This document shows positions 1 through 12,594 of a DNA stretch of 64,000 nt, in pieces. Location of the stretch: assembly GCA_950097015.1 (NCBI GenBank), contig CATNEN010000002.1, positions 1,178,001 through 1,242,000 of the forward strand. Direction: 5' to 3'. Both the position numbers and the translations under genes were made by a program. Source of the stretch: Macrostomum hystrix. Its lineage: Eukaryota; Animalia; Platyhelminthes. The number at the start of each line of letters is the position of its first letter. Position 1 is the stretch's first letter. A model generated the notes under the pieces. It searched no databases. It was not told the origin of the DNA and was given only the letters and a program-made list of their open reading frames with translations.

Positions 1-3000
1 ACGGCATGTGCATCTGCAACGGGCACGCCACAATGTGCAAACCAGCAGCAGCTATTTATGGCACAGACAGTAACATGGTGAGGGAATCTGATACCAAAAT
101 AGTTCATCTATCTAGCTAAAATCGTGCATAAAAAATGATCCATGATCCTTGTTTCATAATCCATAATCCATGATCCATGATCTATAATCCATTATCCATT
201 ATCCTTTATCCTTTATCCATTATCTATGATCAATTATCATTTATCCTTTATCTATTACCCATTATCCAATTACGAGTATTTATTATCCATAATCCATTAT
301 CCAAGTATCAATTTCCAAGTAACAAATATTCATGCCCATTATCCTACAGGCCATAATAGTTATAATCCGAATAGTAATAAAATATTTTTTCGATGAACTG
401 ATCCAAACTTAGCTTTTTTTAAGTTTAAACTCTTTTTTTTCGAGTCATTTTAATGCAAAAAGTCATTTAAACAAAAAATGATACAGAAAAACAAAAACTT
501 TTGATGACAAGAGTCATCAATTTTAAGGATTTTGTTTTCAATTATTCTTTCTTCTGCGGTTACTGTCCAAATATTAGGCCGTCCAACAGGAAAGCTGAAT
601 TTTGCGCACATTTTTTGCTTCGATTTCGTCTGTTGCAGCGAAAGTCTCATTTCGCTGTAGTCAGGCACTGGTTGGCTTGGTAACAATCCCAAAAATACTT
701 GTAGCATTGTAGGATTGAAGGACATTGTGAACTAGATTCTCATGCCAATCCTTGTTGAATTCTGCCCCTATCAGACCAGATGTGCGGCCGACAGCACAGC
801 CGCAGCTAATGCGGTCCAGTCCACTTCGCCTGTCCAGTCCATGGACTGGAGGGACGCCACACTCACCCTCAATTAACCCAAGCTAATGCTGGTACCAAAT
901 TTAACAGCTTGGTGAACAGAAGCAATGCAGATTATACTTGTCATGCTAAAGGGCAAAACTTGTTCGAATGGAGTCGGGAATCGAACCCTCGACCTTCAAG
1001 TCGTGAGTCCGACGCTCTAACCACTAGGCTAAAACCTATATATTTATGGGGCTGGTTTAGTATAGTTTATTGAAACAAATTACCCTACACCCAAACGCTG
1101 TGTACAGCTGTTCAGTCCGTGGACTGGTTAGGCCACCACAGCTAAATTTCTAACACAGCTGTTAACTGTTATCTGATGCACTACAGAAATGTAGTTTATT
1201 GCTCAAAGACGCGATTGTTTCTTGGTCAGAAATCCGGAGCTCAAACCATCTCGCCAGATGTTCAGCTACAGACAACAGCTAAAAGTCAGCCAAGGTGTAC
1301 AGTAATGCAGAGGTGTATTATCCGAAAACACTCCCGAACCCAGGTGCACAGCGAATGCGACTGCATTCACAACACCCAAGGGCCGCACTGCGACCAGTGC
1401 CTGGATTTCTACAACGACAGAAAATGGGCCCCGGCCACATCGACGAATTCGAACGAGTGCCGCCGCTGCCAGTGCCACGGGCACACCAACCGGTGCGCGT
1501 TCTCCCAGAGCATGTGGGATCGCACGGGCGGCCTGAGTGGCGGCCAGTGCCTCGACTGCAGGCATAACACCACTGGCGATCATTGCGAGAAGTGCGAGGC
1601 CGGCTTCTACAGGGACGACAGGAAGACTCTGGAGGATCCTGACGTCTGCGTCGCGTGCGACTGCTTCAAGCCGGGTATCCGGGATGAGTTCTGCGAGCAG
1701 GAGACCAACAAAGCCAAGTCGCTCATTGCTGGTAGGTTTGTCTGACACAGACAGTGCTTCAAAGTGAAATGCTAAAATATATTGGCTTGAGGTCCTGGTC
1801 TTTGATCTGACTTTTGGAACTGATGCCTTGCTGATTAAGATTTCTATGAGGTCTGAACTAGTCGTATTCAGAAAGATCGTCTAGACGGAGTTCAAACTCG
1901 GGGTGAGTGGCAGAGCGGTTAACGCTTTTGCTTCTCGCACCAAGGTCCCTGAGCTCGATTCCGCGGCGAGGCCACATTAAATTGGGGTGCAGCCCGGAAG
2001 AGAAGGATTAACGGCCTTGAGGGCCAACCTCCAAGGCACAGTGAAAATGTACAGCCCTTCTGCAATAATTTTTTTTCAGGTCCAAACTATAGGGACTTCA
2101 GTCCATATACTAAAGGAATGAGGGGTCTAGGGTAAAAGGTTGTAAGAACGCTTGTTTGCGTCTCTGTGAACTTCCATGCGAGTGTACTTCAATATTTAGT
2201 GCATATCCGTACTTGTACAGCGAATAGCCAGCACAGTGTTGTATTATTGCACTTGAGCAAAGTGCTCTTGAATAAAATTGGTCGAAAATCTGACATCTCA
2301 GAAGTTTGCAAATCGGTATCGCCATCGCCACAGGTCATTGCTTCTGCAAAGCAAACGTTGCTGGCCGCAAATGCGACCGTTGCAAGCCGGGCTTCTGGAA
2401 CCTGCAGGCCAACAACAGCGCCGGTTGCGTCAAGTGCGGCTGCGTGCTGGAGGGCACAGTTGGTAACGAGGGCTGCAATCAGTACACAGGCCAGTGCCCG
2501 TGCAAAGTCAACGTGGTCGGAGAAACCTGCAACAGGTAGATTTTCAAGAGCTTTTAAATGACTCATCAGTGCTCCACTCAGGGGTGTAGCCGCCAACCCT
2601 AAACGGCTGACGTAACTATGTGGCGCCCGATAGCACAAGTATGGTAGCGGCGCCCACCTGGTAATGGGACCCTCTCGTAGTGGCGCACCCGTGAAAGTGG
2701 CGGCCCCATGTGCTAGTAAAGGACAACTAAAGTAGTGGTCGCTGCTAGTGGTCGCTATCATGTTTACTACTGGTGTTTTAACAAAAGATAACTACTAGTG
2801 GTCCTTGTTTGTAGAGTCCCCACCCCCCGAACCAAAATCCTGGCTACGCCACACTGGCTCCTCTGTGGACTGAAAACTCAACCACACCTCACTATTCAAA
2901 GGTGCAAGCCTGGTTTCTACAATCTTAGCATGAGCGAAAATGGATGCTCGGCGTGTGACTGCGACATTGGCGGCAGCGGCAGCGGATTCTGTGATCCGAT

Positions 3001-6000
3001 CACTGGCAGTTGCAAGTGCAAATTCGGTTTTGAAGGCAAGTGTCACTTAGCTTAGGCGAACTGCATGAAGGAAGCTTTGCAGCGAACTAACTTCTGCTGA
3101 TTTCAGGAAGGCGCTGTGACAAGTTGTCACCAGAATTCTACGTACCCCACTTCGACATCGATGGCAGCATTGTGGACGTCGCCGAGTCGCCGGATATCAG
3201 CCGGTTTCCTCGAGTGACTCGGCTGGAGGAGAAAACGCTGACCGGCAGGCAGGGTCTGCAGCTGAGTTCGCCCACCCACAGAACGCCAAACACTCTGCAG
3301 ATTCCTCTGAATCCCAGGACCGCTGGTCTGCCCACAGGAATCTACGTGATATTTTTGAAGCTCTACCCGGTCAATGTTAGCCGACCAACCAGTCTGCTGA
3401 CGCAGCTGTTTCGCGGTCCGGTGACCCCCAGCGCAAACTGCAGCTCTCAGTTACAAGCGATGAACTCCTCAGTGCGTGTCCCTTCGACAGCAGACTTTCT
3501 GCGGCAGCAGCAGCCCACTGGACCTCTGGACACTGGTGTCTCTAGACCTTACACGGTGCTAGCTGCCACTCAACCCGTGTGCATCGACGCCAACGGGCTG
3601 GATTCAATTCTAATCGATGTTTCGGCATTTTCACCATCAGACAATATCATCATTGACGCTGTAAGGGCAGATAATAATAATTAATTCGCTTATGAACAAT
3701 TTTTAGATGAACTTTACCTAAACCGAATAAAAACCAGGTGATAATCATGCCCAACTGGGACTCGCCGATCGGTGCTCTGCTAAACCGCACGCAGCACGTC
3801 CCCGGACGTGTTAGCGCCCAACCCGAGGCAGTGACTGCGGAGAAGACTAGATCAATGGAGACAAGCTTGTACAACTGTTTGGACTACTGGAAGTCTGACC
3901 AGCAGGTGGCAGCCAGAATGACGGACGAGTGCCGCAGCTTGATACAGAGCTTGAGCAGCTACCGGTTGCCAGGGGCCCTTCGCTGCTCCTGCAATCCCAC
4001 CGGCACCGAAAAGGAGCAGGCAAGCAGCCTGTTCGACTGCGACAAGCTCGGAGGACAATGCCCCTGCTTCCCTAATGTTATTCGTGAGTCCTAAATACTT
4101 CACTATTTCCCAAAGTTATTTGTGAGCTTCTTCTATACAGGTTTCATTTCAAAGCCGCAAACAAGCAAACGGGTTTACGTCACAAAAATTTGATTTTGTT
4201 TTTGCGAATCGGATTTTTATCCAATCGAATCTCGATATCTCGGCAGGTCGAACCTGCAGCGAATGCGCAGCCAATCACTACGGACTTGGCCAGTTCCCAA
4301 ACGAAGGCTGCCGACCCTGCATTTGCTCAGTTTCGGGTTCCCTCAGCAGCCAGTGCGACTTGATCTCAGGTCATTGCGTCTGTAAGACAGCCAAAATTGC
4401 TGGCAGACAATGCGACAGCTGCCGCCAGGGCTTCTGGGAGTTTCCAGTTTGCCGCGATTGCCAGTGCAACGGCCTGGCAGTGGACTGCGATAAAGTCTCG
4501 GGGCTTTGTCTGAACTGCAGCGACAACACTGGTGGCAGGCAGTGCCAGGACTGTCGCCCGGGGTTCTATGGCGATCCTCTGAGGCGCATTCCATGCCGGT
4601 ACAGTCACAATTTAGCTGAGTGCACTTTTTTGTAGTACATTTTACGCATCAATTTCGAATCAAGGGTAGAATATAGCTCGTAGAAACGTAAAGAAGCACA
4701 CAGAGCCCTTTATGACGTCCAGAGAAATCAGATAAATATCGATATCCTTGCCCATACAGACCGTGTCGTTGCCCGGGTGGCAGAGATGGCACTGTACAGC
4801 ACGCCACCACCTGCCAGCTGAGATCCGAGAGCACGCCAACACCCGTCTGCAACTGCCTACCTGGCTACATCGGTGACAGCTGCGAGCGCTGCGAAATGAA
4901 CTTTTACGGCGATCCGTCCACTGGAGTCTGCACGCGCTGCGGCTGCAACGGCAACATCGACTTCACCGTGCCGAACTCTTGCAACGCTGCCAACGGCATG
5001 TGCACCAAGTGCTTGAACTACACAACCGGAGTCAGCTGCGAGCTCTGCCAGCAGGGGTTCTATGGCCAGGCAACCACAGGACAGTGCCGGCCGTGCAGGT
5101 GCAACCCGGTGGGAACAGAGCCTTCGAAGGCTTTGGCTCAACCAATGCGGTACACGGCAGGTGGAAGTCCGGTTAACATTTTTCATTCCTGCGACAGCTC
5201 CAACGGTGAGGCTAAGCAGTCGATTTTTTAGCTTGGCAGTGGCGATAGTTGGGCACCCTTCTAGACTACTGTTGTTAGCTCAGTACATTCCAGCGTCAGT
5301 ATGTGGACGCATTTTTGTGTTTTTGATCTCGCCGTAAGCGGAATGTAATTGCTGACTAAATAAAATGGAATCGCCATTAAACAAAAAATGCGTTAAGCAA
5401 GAAATCATACCGAAGTTATAAAAATTATCCCAGGCCAGTGCTCCTGCCTGCCCAACGTGGAGGGCATCAACTGTGACGCGTGTAAGCCGATGCACTACAA
5501 TCTGACATCCGGTGTCGGTTGCAGCCCGTGCGACTGCGATCCACTGGGATCGGCCAGCGAAATGTGCAATGTTGTCACGGGCCAATGTCCCTGTAAAAGC
5601 AATCGAGGAGGTAGGCGCTGCGATCAGTGCATGGATCTGTACCACGGCGACCCAACAAAGGGGCGCGATGGATGCCAGCCCTGCAATTGTCACCCGGAGG
5701 GCAGCTTGACGCCGCGCTGCGATAAAACTACAGGTGCGATTGTAACACTGCTTACAACCAAGCCATTTTGCCACCCGTTTTTGTATCAAGAGGGGGGGAA
5801 TTCCCCCCATACCCCCGAACAATTAATTTTGTTGAACCCGAACGAAGCAACGCAAGCACACGAAACTCTAGAACACAGGCCAAAAGTTTTGCTGCACATC
5901 TTCTGAAACAAGAATAAATTCGCCAGCCCTTCAGACCGTTGATATTTTGAACGGTTCTGGCCGAATGTCAGATTTTCCCTCTAAGAGCTAGTGTATTTCA

Positions 6001-9000
6001 CTCCCCCTGTATACGAATTCGCACTTTGCCTCAGTGCGGCCTTGCCAGGCCTTCAAACTTTATCAACACGTCACCCGAATGTGCCTGTATCATCTCCGAC
6101 TTCGTTGGTCACGCACCTTATCTAGACAGAGCTGCTGGACCTTCAAAAAGTGGCACCAGCTGAAAATGGACACCCAGATGCAAATTTGTCCCTTTAGCTG
6201 ATCAAGCCTCAATGTGGGACGAAGCTTAGCCTAAGGACCCATGTATAGTCTGTCAACCAATCAGTCACCACCGACTCCTTCAGCACCGTCATCTGAGTGC
6301 CTCTAGCTGGCTATGAAGTCCCTAAAGCGAATTTTCTACTTTCGCTGATGTAGCCTCGATATTAGCCTAAACTCAAGTGTTACTGGTTGAAGATCCAGCA
6401 TTTTTAATAAAAACTAAAAAAATGTGGTCATTGTTCAGGTCGTTGCGTATGTAAATCCGCTATCACCGGCCGCCAATGTGACTCGTGCGAGCGCGGCACG
6501 ACAGGCACCCTGCCCAACTGCACCACGTGCGGCGAGTGCTGGTACAACTGGGACAAGATCATCGCCAATCAGCAGAATCGGGCGCAGGAGCTGAAGGGCA
6601 GAGCGGAGTGGGCAGCACAGACTGGCAACATGGCCGGCGACTTGGGCGCCATCGTGAACGACACCGATCAGATATTGAAGACAATGTGGACTAGCATCAA
6701 CCACACTCAGGTTTCGATTGACCAAGTCACGGAGGTTAGAGATCGAATTACTAGGCTGAGGTGAGTTGAATCCAGTGCTAAGAGATTAAAAGTTGGTGGG
6801 TGAGGAAAGAGAGACGAACTGCGAGCCAATCAGAGACGAGGGAGAGAAGTAGCTACAGAAGTTGAACGGACAGACGGAGTGAGTAGAAGGTGCACCAATT
6901 GACTACGCAACGAAACACAGAGAGAACACAGAGAAACATAAAGGAACCTGAAGTTTATGTTGATAGATGTAGTTGATAATTCTCGAATGCTCTATTTTAA
7001 CAGATTGCGTTAATTAACTCGTAATAGCAAATGAATCCATCATCGAAAAATACCTCTCTAGAAAACAAGAAGACGCAGCGAGAGTTCTACAGCGAACAGT
7101 GGATTTGAGCCCCCAGCTGCGCAGCATCTCAGCGGATGGCCTGAATGCAATGCGAGATGTCGCAGACAGGGTCACGCAGGCTCATCTGAAAATTAAGCGC
7201 CGATTGGAGCAGATCTCCGATCACCTGGGCCTCAGGTCGAAGCCGCCGATGCCGGATACGCTAATGATCTGGCTCAGACTCAATGAAAGCAAGTTCAACA
7301 AAGCCGATCTAAATTTCGCTGCTAACGAGACGATAGTCCAGCTGGCGACGACGGCTCTCAAGGACAACGACGCCAGGTTCTCTTGGGTTCTGAAGCAAGT
7401 TGGTCGAGTCAACAGCTCGGCTCAAATTCTGTCTGATTCCATATCGAAGACATACAAACTAATCGAGGAGAAACTGCCGGAATTGAATAGGATAGTAAGT
7501 GAAGCGAACTTGACTTAACAGTAGCCCCTTGACTTAACGTCGGACGACTTTGAAAAATCGTAAAGAGCGGAAAATTTTTAACCGATTGGTGAACTTTCAC
7601 GAAAATCGGTCACTCGGGTTCGGAGCTATCGTGACGCAGTATTTGATATAACTCTCGTGGTCTTTCTCCATGGGGAAATGGCGTGGTCTTTGTTCGGTTA
7701 AAAGTTCCACAGGTATTAAAAACTAATTACTGAATATGAACTAAACAAATTAATATCTAACCAGATGTGCGTCGGTCACAATGGGGAAAACGCCTCGCTG
7801 TACAGCCGCTCGCGCAACTTCTGCTCAGAACTGTGCGGCGGTCCCTCCGTCGATGTGTGCAACGGCGGCCACGTCAGCATTCAGTGCGCCGAGTCTTCAG
7901 TCTGCGACAAATCCGTGGTGGCACAGCTGCGCTCGCTCGCGGCCAATCTGGAACAGATGGGACACCGCATTTCCGAAGCTTTCAATGCAAGTTCATTAAT
8001 TTCTTGTCCAGGGTAAAGAGACACCAGCGGTGCAAAAGCAAAACTACTCGTAGTTTAAAACCCAGATGAGTCGCTTGCGATGTCAACCTTTAGTGGCATT
8101 TTAAAGTAAAAAACTATCTACAATTAGGAAAGCAACGCGAATCTCAACGCATACTCCAGTGTCTTCAGACTAGAAAATAATATTAGAGTGCTAGATTTTG
8201 GTCCATTTTCGCTTTTCACGACTGAGACTGTATATAGCGCCTTAGAAAGGTTTGTCTAGAAAAAACAACTTGTGAGAAATATCATACTTTAGCTCTTTAT
8301 TTAACAGCAACGGAATAAAAGGCACTGGAAATCACAGAAGTCCAGAAAAGTACATCATTAGTTATAGAGATATGAAAACTTAAAGCAGTTACCCTGAGGC
8401 AAAGCATATAAAATACTTGTGTAATTTGTAAATCGATTCTCCACTGTAATATTACCAGTGTTTCACACAAAGATCATTTACCATTAGATGGAAAACCGCC
8501 CGGAAACTTCCAGGCACCCATGAATCCACCAAGCCAGTTTATGGCCAGTTTCAACGCGACCTCAACAGAGCTAGCCAAAAATGTCAACGCCATCAAAGCC
8601 GACTACGACAATCTGAATAGTCGAGCGCGACAGCTCGACACTGCCATTGACAGCTTTCTGACGTCGAATCGGACAACAGCCAATGCAATCAACCAGTTGG
8701 TTGACAGTATTGTCCAGGCGACTAACGTCTGTAAGTTTTGGGAATCCCCGATGACCTCTTTGACGAGTCACTAGAGACAAGCGATTTCTAATATTATTAG
8801 CATTTATCGAAGCGGTAGCCGAAAGTAACGCAACAGAATCGCGCACTAATGTTCGTCAGCTCAAATCCACAATTTATCACATTGATTTGGGGCGCAGCCG
8901 TGGAGAGCAGCTGTTAAAATTTTGTATGATTAACTGTAATATGTGTTGACACTGAGTCCAGAAATCGACCCGCAGTTTCAAATAGCGATGTGGAAGAGCT

Positions 9001-10427
9001 GGCCAGTCGTCTCACGAGCCTGTTGGAAAAACTGCCCAAGGACCACAACATCACCAAGATTAATGAAGAGGCCAGGCAAGCTCGGGAGGATGTTAGGAGG
9101 CTGACTCTAATGGCTGATGATGTCATAACGGTGACTGGGCGACTCGATCGGGCGGCCAGTGAGCTCACACGAAAGCTGACCTCAGCGCATGCTGGTATCG
9201 AACCTAGCAGAACCGCTTTGGAATCGGCCAAAACTGCACTCGATAACCTGAGCAGCAGTACGAACACCGTACGTTTAAGAGAGCTTAGATTACTAACTTA
9301 ACTTCAGAATAGATTTGCATTTAAGTAACTACTCGTAACTGACTACATGCAGATGGCTAAAAGGGTTTCTGACTACAATAATCTAGTTGATCAAACGAAT
9401 CAAACTCAAGCTAGATTGCAAGCGCGCAGGTCCACATCGCAGAGAGAGGCCCTAGAGGAGAGAATTGTGAGACTGCGAGCTGAGCAAGAGGCAACAGCCA
9501 GGGACCTGTCTGCCATGGATCAGGTGAGCGCGATTTTCATGCACCTGTGAAGAGGGCTTTGAATCATTTGGATATGGATCTTGTTACGCCCTTTTAAATT
9601 AAAATTGAACTAATTTTGAAAGTACGAGCCAGCATCGGAGATGTTCAGCTATTTTTGTCGAAGACCCTGGTGACGAGGACAACTGACATTGCTATGCATA
9701 AACCTCTTTGGCGAATCCATATTGGCTAAAAAATAAAAAATATCAACATTATCTGTCTAGAATAGTCGACATGGTTACATGGTGAAATTTTGTGAGCAGA
9801 AAATTTTTGCCTATATTTTTTTGCCAACACACAACCCAACGAGAATCGTTGAATGTCTGGACGATGCCGATGTTTTGAGATTCTGGAAGTTGTTTCATCG
9901 GATTGAGCGGAAAACTTTAGCTGTGTTCTGGATTTTCATGGCAATTGGTTGAATATTTCGGGAGATGCAGAAAAAAGTAAAATGCTGGCATTTGAAATAT
10001 CCCCACGGTATTTCTACTCATAAACCATAGAAACTGAACGCGATACTGCCTGCGGAGACCGCTGCAAAGGTTTTCGAGATCAGCCCTCAGGAACTTCAGC
10101 GCCGATTAGAAGTTCTCGACCGACTGCGTCTCCGCTTGGAGACGGCGCTGCTGCGGGCTGGAAACAGCAAAGGACTTGTGGCCGGTGAGTCCTGAACTCT
10201 CTTATACAATGAGAACTGCCTGACCATTGGACTTGAAGATCGCACCAAATGATTTCACGTCTACACTCTTGAACACAGGTCTCAGCTTAAAAGTGGAAGC
10301 CCTGGAGCAGTCCATGACCTCAGCGCTGGCTAGGCTCGCGTCACTGATGACGCGGCTCAACGGAGCTGGTCCCGGCTCACTGGCCCAAATGTCTTCGTCG
10401 CTTGAGAAGGCATTGTGCAAAGGTTAA
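1..10427 (+). CDS. LAMB1: Laminin beta chain, 5'-partial (LE1-5, LF/IV-B, LE6-13, coiled coil with L-beta knob)
   Basis: Exons with consistent phases: <1-77, 1344-1731, 2334-2535, 2902-3035, 3107-3660, 3738-4083, 4247-4598, 4760-5205, 5434-5733, 6439-6760, 7062-7494, 7765-7990, 8488-8730, 8976-9268, 9353-9523, 10031-10184, 10279-10427 (TAA). The 7990/8488 junction is the least certain. CICNGH..NM|[24 protein letters not shown], the 13-LE layout, [12 protein letters not shown] at the coil start, the Cys-rich knob ([13 protein letters not shown]) and a C-terminal Cys (ALCKG*) match laminin beta rather than alpha or gamma. The symbol denotes the beta family, not strict orthology. Confidence 0.95.
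120..345. repeat. Degenerate ~7-bp TTATCCA/TGATCCA simple repeat in laminin intron
   Basis: Visible runs of aatcc/tatcc/gatcc units. Confidence 0.7.
770..1033 (-). mobile_element. tRNA-derived SINE family A (CORE-like body), near-complete copy
   Basis: The minus strand reads GCCTAGTGGTTAGAGCGTCGGACTCACGACTTGAAGGTCGAGGGTTCGATTCCCG (A and B boxes, no acceptor-stem pairing). A CORE-like segment follows (..ctgcattgcttctgttcaccaagctgttaaatttggtacc), then the palindrome TCCAGTCCATGGACTGGA (833-850). Other copies are at 21320, 40445, 42160 and 62235. Confidence 0.75.
1900..2070 (+). mobile_element. tRNA-headed SINE family B, 5' part
   Basis: GGGTGAGTGGCAGAGCGGTTAACGC...GAGCTCGATTCCGCGGCGAGGCCACATT head, then gagggccaacctccaaggcacagtg. 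Matches reverse copies at 10540-10845 and 56020-56305. Confidence 0.7.
2579..2856. mobile_element. MITE-like element with imperfect terminal inverted repeats
   Basis: CAGGGGTGTAGCC at 2579 and GGCTACGCCACACTG at ~2842-2856, with no coding capacity, inside a laminin intron. Confidence 0.5.
7560..7700. repeat. Dispersed repeat family D (ttcacgaaaatcggtcattcggttttggagct core)
   Basis: Related segments occur at ~20600-20655, ~21275-21325 (reverse), ~32400-32530 (reverse) and ~38700-38790 (reverse). Confidence 0.55.
9655..10020. repeat. Dispersed repeat family C (probable non-autonomous element)
   Basis: gacatggttaca...gagaatcgttgaa...gatgccgatgttttg.gattctg.aagttgtttca...attggttgaatattt...tatttgaaata. 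Recurs at 52385-52863 and 54445-54695, with a fragment at 38770-38830. Confidence 0.75.
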
Positions 10428-10539
10428 CGGATAGAGTTTTGCTCTGAACACTCATTTGATAATCCTTTGATAAACATTTTAAATTATAAATTAGAAGTTT
10501 TTAAGTGGTTATAATAATAATGGAAACAATAGTTGATGG

Positions 10540-10845
10540 AGAACTGCGGACAATGGCACATCATTTGGTGACACTAGACCAGCAGCTAGCGAGGAGGCAG
10601 TTCTGCCCATTTCGCTGACTCCTGAGCACACACGCACACAGATACTGTACGCAGACATACGCTCACACAGGTGTGTGCATCAGCCCTGACTTTCTCATCG
10701 TGCATTGGAGGCTGGACCTCAAGTACATAAATTGCACGACACGACCCCACAGCTGCGCCGCAAATGAATGTGGCCTCGCCACGGAATCGAGCTCTCGACC
10801 TTAGTACGAGTGGCAATCGCGCCAATCGCTCTGTCACTCACCCCA
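10540..10845 (-). mobile_element. SINE family B copy
   Basis: Reverse complement gives a tRNA-like head (ggggtgagtgacagagcg...gagctcgattccgtggcgaggccacatt) plus a body shared with 32920-33090 and 56020-56430. Confidence 0.7.
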
Positions 10846-11629
10846 AAGCGTTTAGCTGTCTCTAAACAAAGCTTTAAAATATTTTAAGTACTTTCTTCCA
10901 ACTTCTATGAAATCGATTCTATTTTTCGATGCCTACAATTTAGCTTCCTTTCAATAAGGATGCTTTTTTCTCACTAGCTTCTCATACCAAGGCAGATCAC
11001 GCTTGCTGTCGATGACTCAATTTCAAATTATTAACAACAAATACGAGTAACTCACAGAGCGTATACATAATTTTTTTTCATTTCAGCCCGAAACTAAAAG
11101 GAACTTGGACTGGCGGCTTGCAATGACGGAAAATGTTTGCGGAACAACAATTTTTTTATTTCGAAAAAACTACTTGCAAACTCTCCTTTTGATAATCGGT
11201 ATCTGCTTGTGGCACAACATTTTCTTGTTAATTATAGAGTTAACCCAACCATTCACTCAAATATAAACTTTATGCACAGCTAAGACATAACTCCGTCATT
11301 TAGCAATTAGGCAAATGAAATCATTATTTCTTCTTATAAAGAGTTTTCATTACGCTCGGGAGAATTTCTAAATCACTAACAGTACTGTGAGAGATACAGT
11401 TCAGACTACTGACAACAGTAGAAAAGCAAAGACTTGGCTGCAAAACTCTCACATAACACTAAAAAGTATCGCCATAAAAATGGCAAGGTTAAAAGAGACT
11501 TCTGTGCACACTGAGAGTGGTGGGAGAGGACTGCGTGTGGCTATGGCTGACTGACGAAGGCAAACAAGCCAGAAACCGGTCTCGGTCTGCCAGCGCGAGG
11601 TTCGTTCCCCACTTTTAGTGTGTTACAAG

Positions 11630-12590
11630 TACAATATCAGCATCGATTCTTGGCACAGCATCAGCATCGACTCTTGGTACGGCATCAGCATCGACTCTTG
11701 GTACGGTATCAGCATCGACTCTTGGTACGGTATCAGCATCGACTCTTGGTACGGTATCAGCATCGACTCTTGGTACGGTATCAGCATCGACTCTTGGTAC
11801 TGTATCAGCATCGACTCTTGGTACGGTATCAGCATCGACTCTTGGTACGGTATCAGCATCGACTCTTGGTACGGTATCAGCATCGACTCTTGGTACGGTA
11901 TCAGCATCGACTCTTGGTACTGTATAAGCATCGACTCTTGGTACGGTATCAGCATCGACTCTTGGTACGGTATCAGCATCGACTCTTGGTAAGGAATCAG
12001 CATCGACTCTTGTTAAGGAATCAGTATCGACTCTTGGTAAGGAATCAGCATCGACTCTTGGTAAGGAATCAGTATCGACTCTTGCACGGCATCAGCATCG
12101 ATTCTTGGTACGGTATCAGCATCGACTCTTGGTAAGGAATCAGCATCGACTCTTGGTAAGGAATCAGTATCGACTCCTGGTAAGGAATCAGCATCGACTC
12201 TTGGTACGGAATCAGCATCCACTCTTGCACGGCATCAGCATCGATTCTTGGTACGGCATCAGCATCGACTCTTGGTACGGTATCAGCATCGACTCTTGGT
12301 AAGGAATCAGTATCGACTCTTGGTACGGCATCAGCATCGACTCTTGGTACGGTATCAGCATCGACTCTTGGCACGACATCAGAATCGACTCTTGGTAAGG
12401 AATCAGCATCGACTCTTGGTACGGCATCAGCATCGACTCTTGGTACGGCATCAGCATCGACTCTTGGTACGGCATCAGCATCGACTCTTGGTACGGCATC
12501 AGCATCGACTCTTGTTATGGCATCAGCATCGACTTTTGGTACGGTATCAGCATCGAATCTTGGTACTTGGTCTTGGTACTTGGTACTTGG
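11630..12590. repeat. 24-bp satellite, left arm (CAGCATCGACTCTTGGTACGGTAT and variants)
   Basis: About 40 tandem units, with variants cggtatc, cggcatc and aggaatc. Confidence 0.97.
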
Positions 12591-12594
12591 TACT

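Noticed and set aside
960-1033. tRNA gene (CAC anticodon-like loop)
   Set aside because: The acceptor stem does not pair and the sequence continues into a multi-copy SINE body.
1266-9267. Minus-strand ORFs overlapping laminin exons
   Set aside because: They are antisense shadows of GC-rich coding exons.
10590-10710. Hammerhead ribozyme in SINE B (CTGATG...CGAAA)
   Set aside because: The core would need CUGANGA. Copies read CTGATGC, CAGATGT or CAGATGA, and stem II is not supported.
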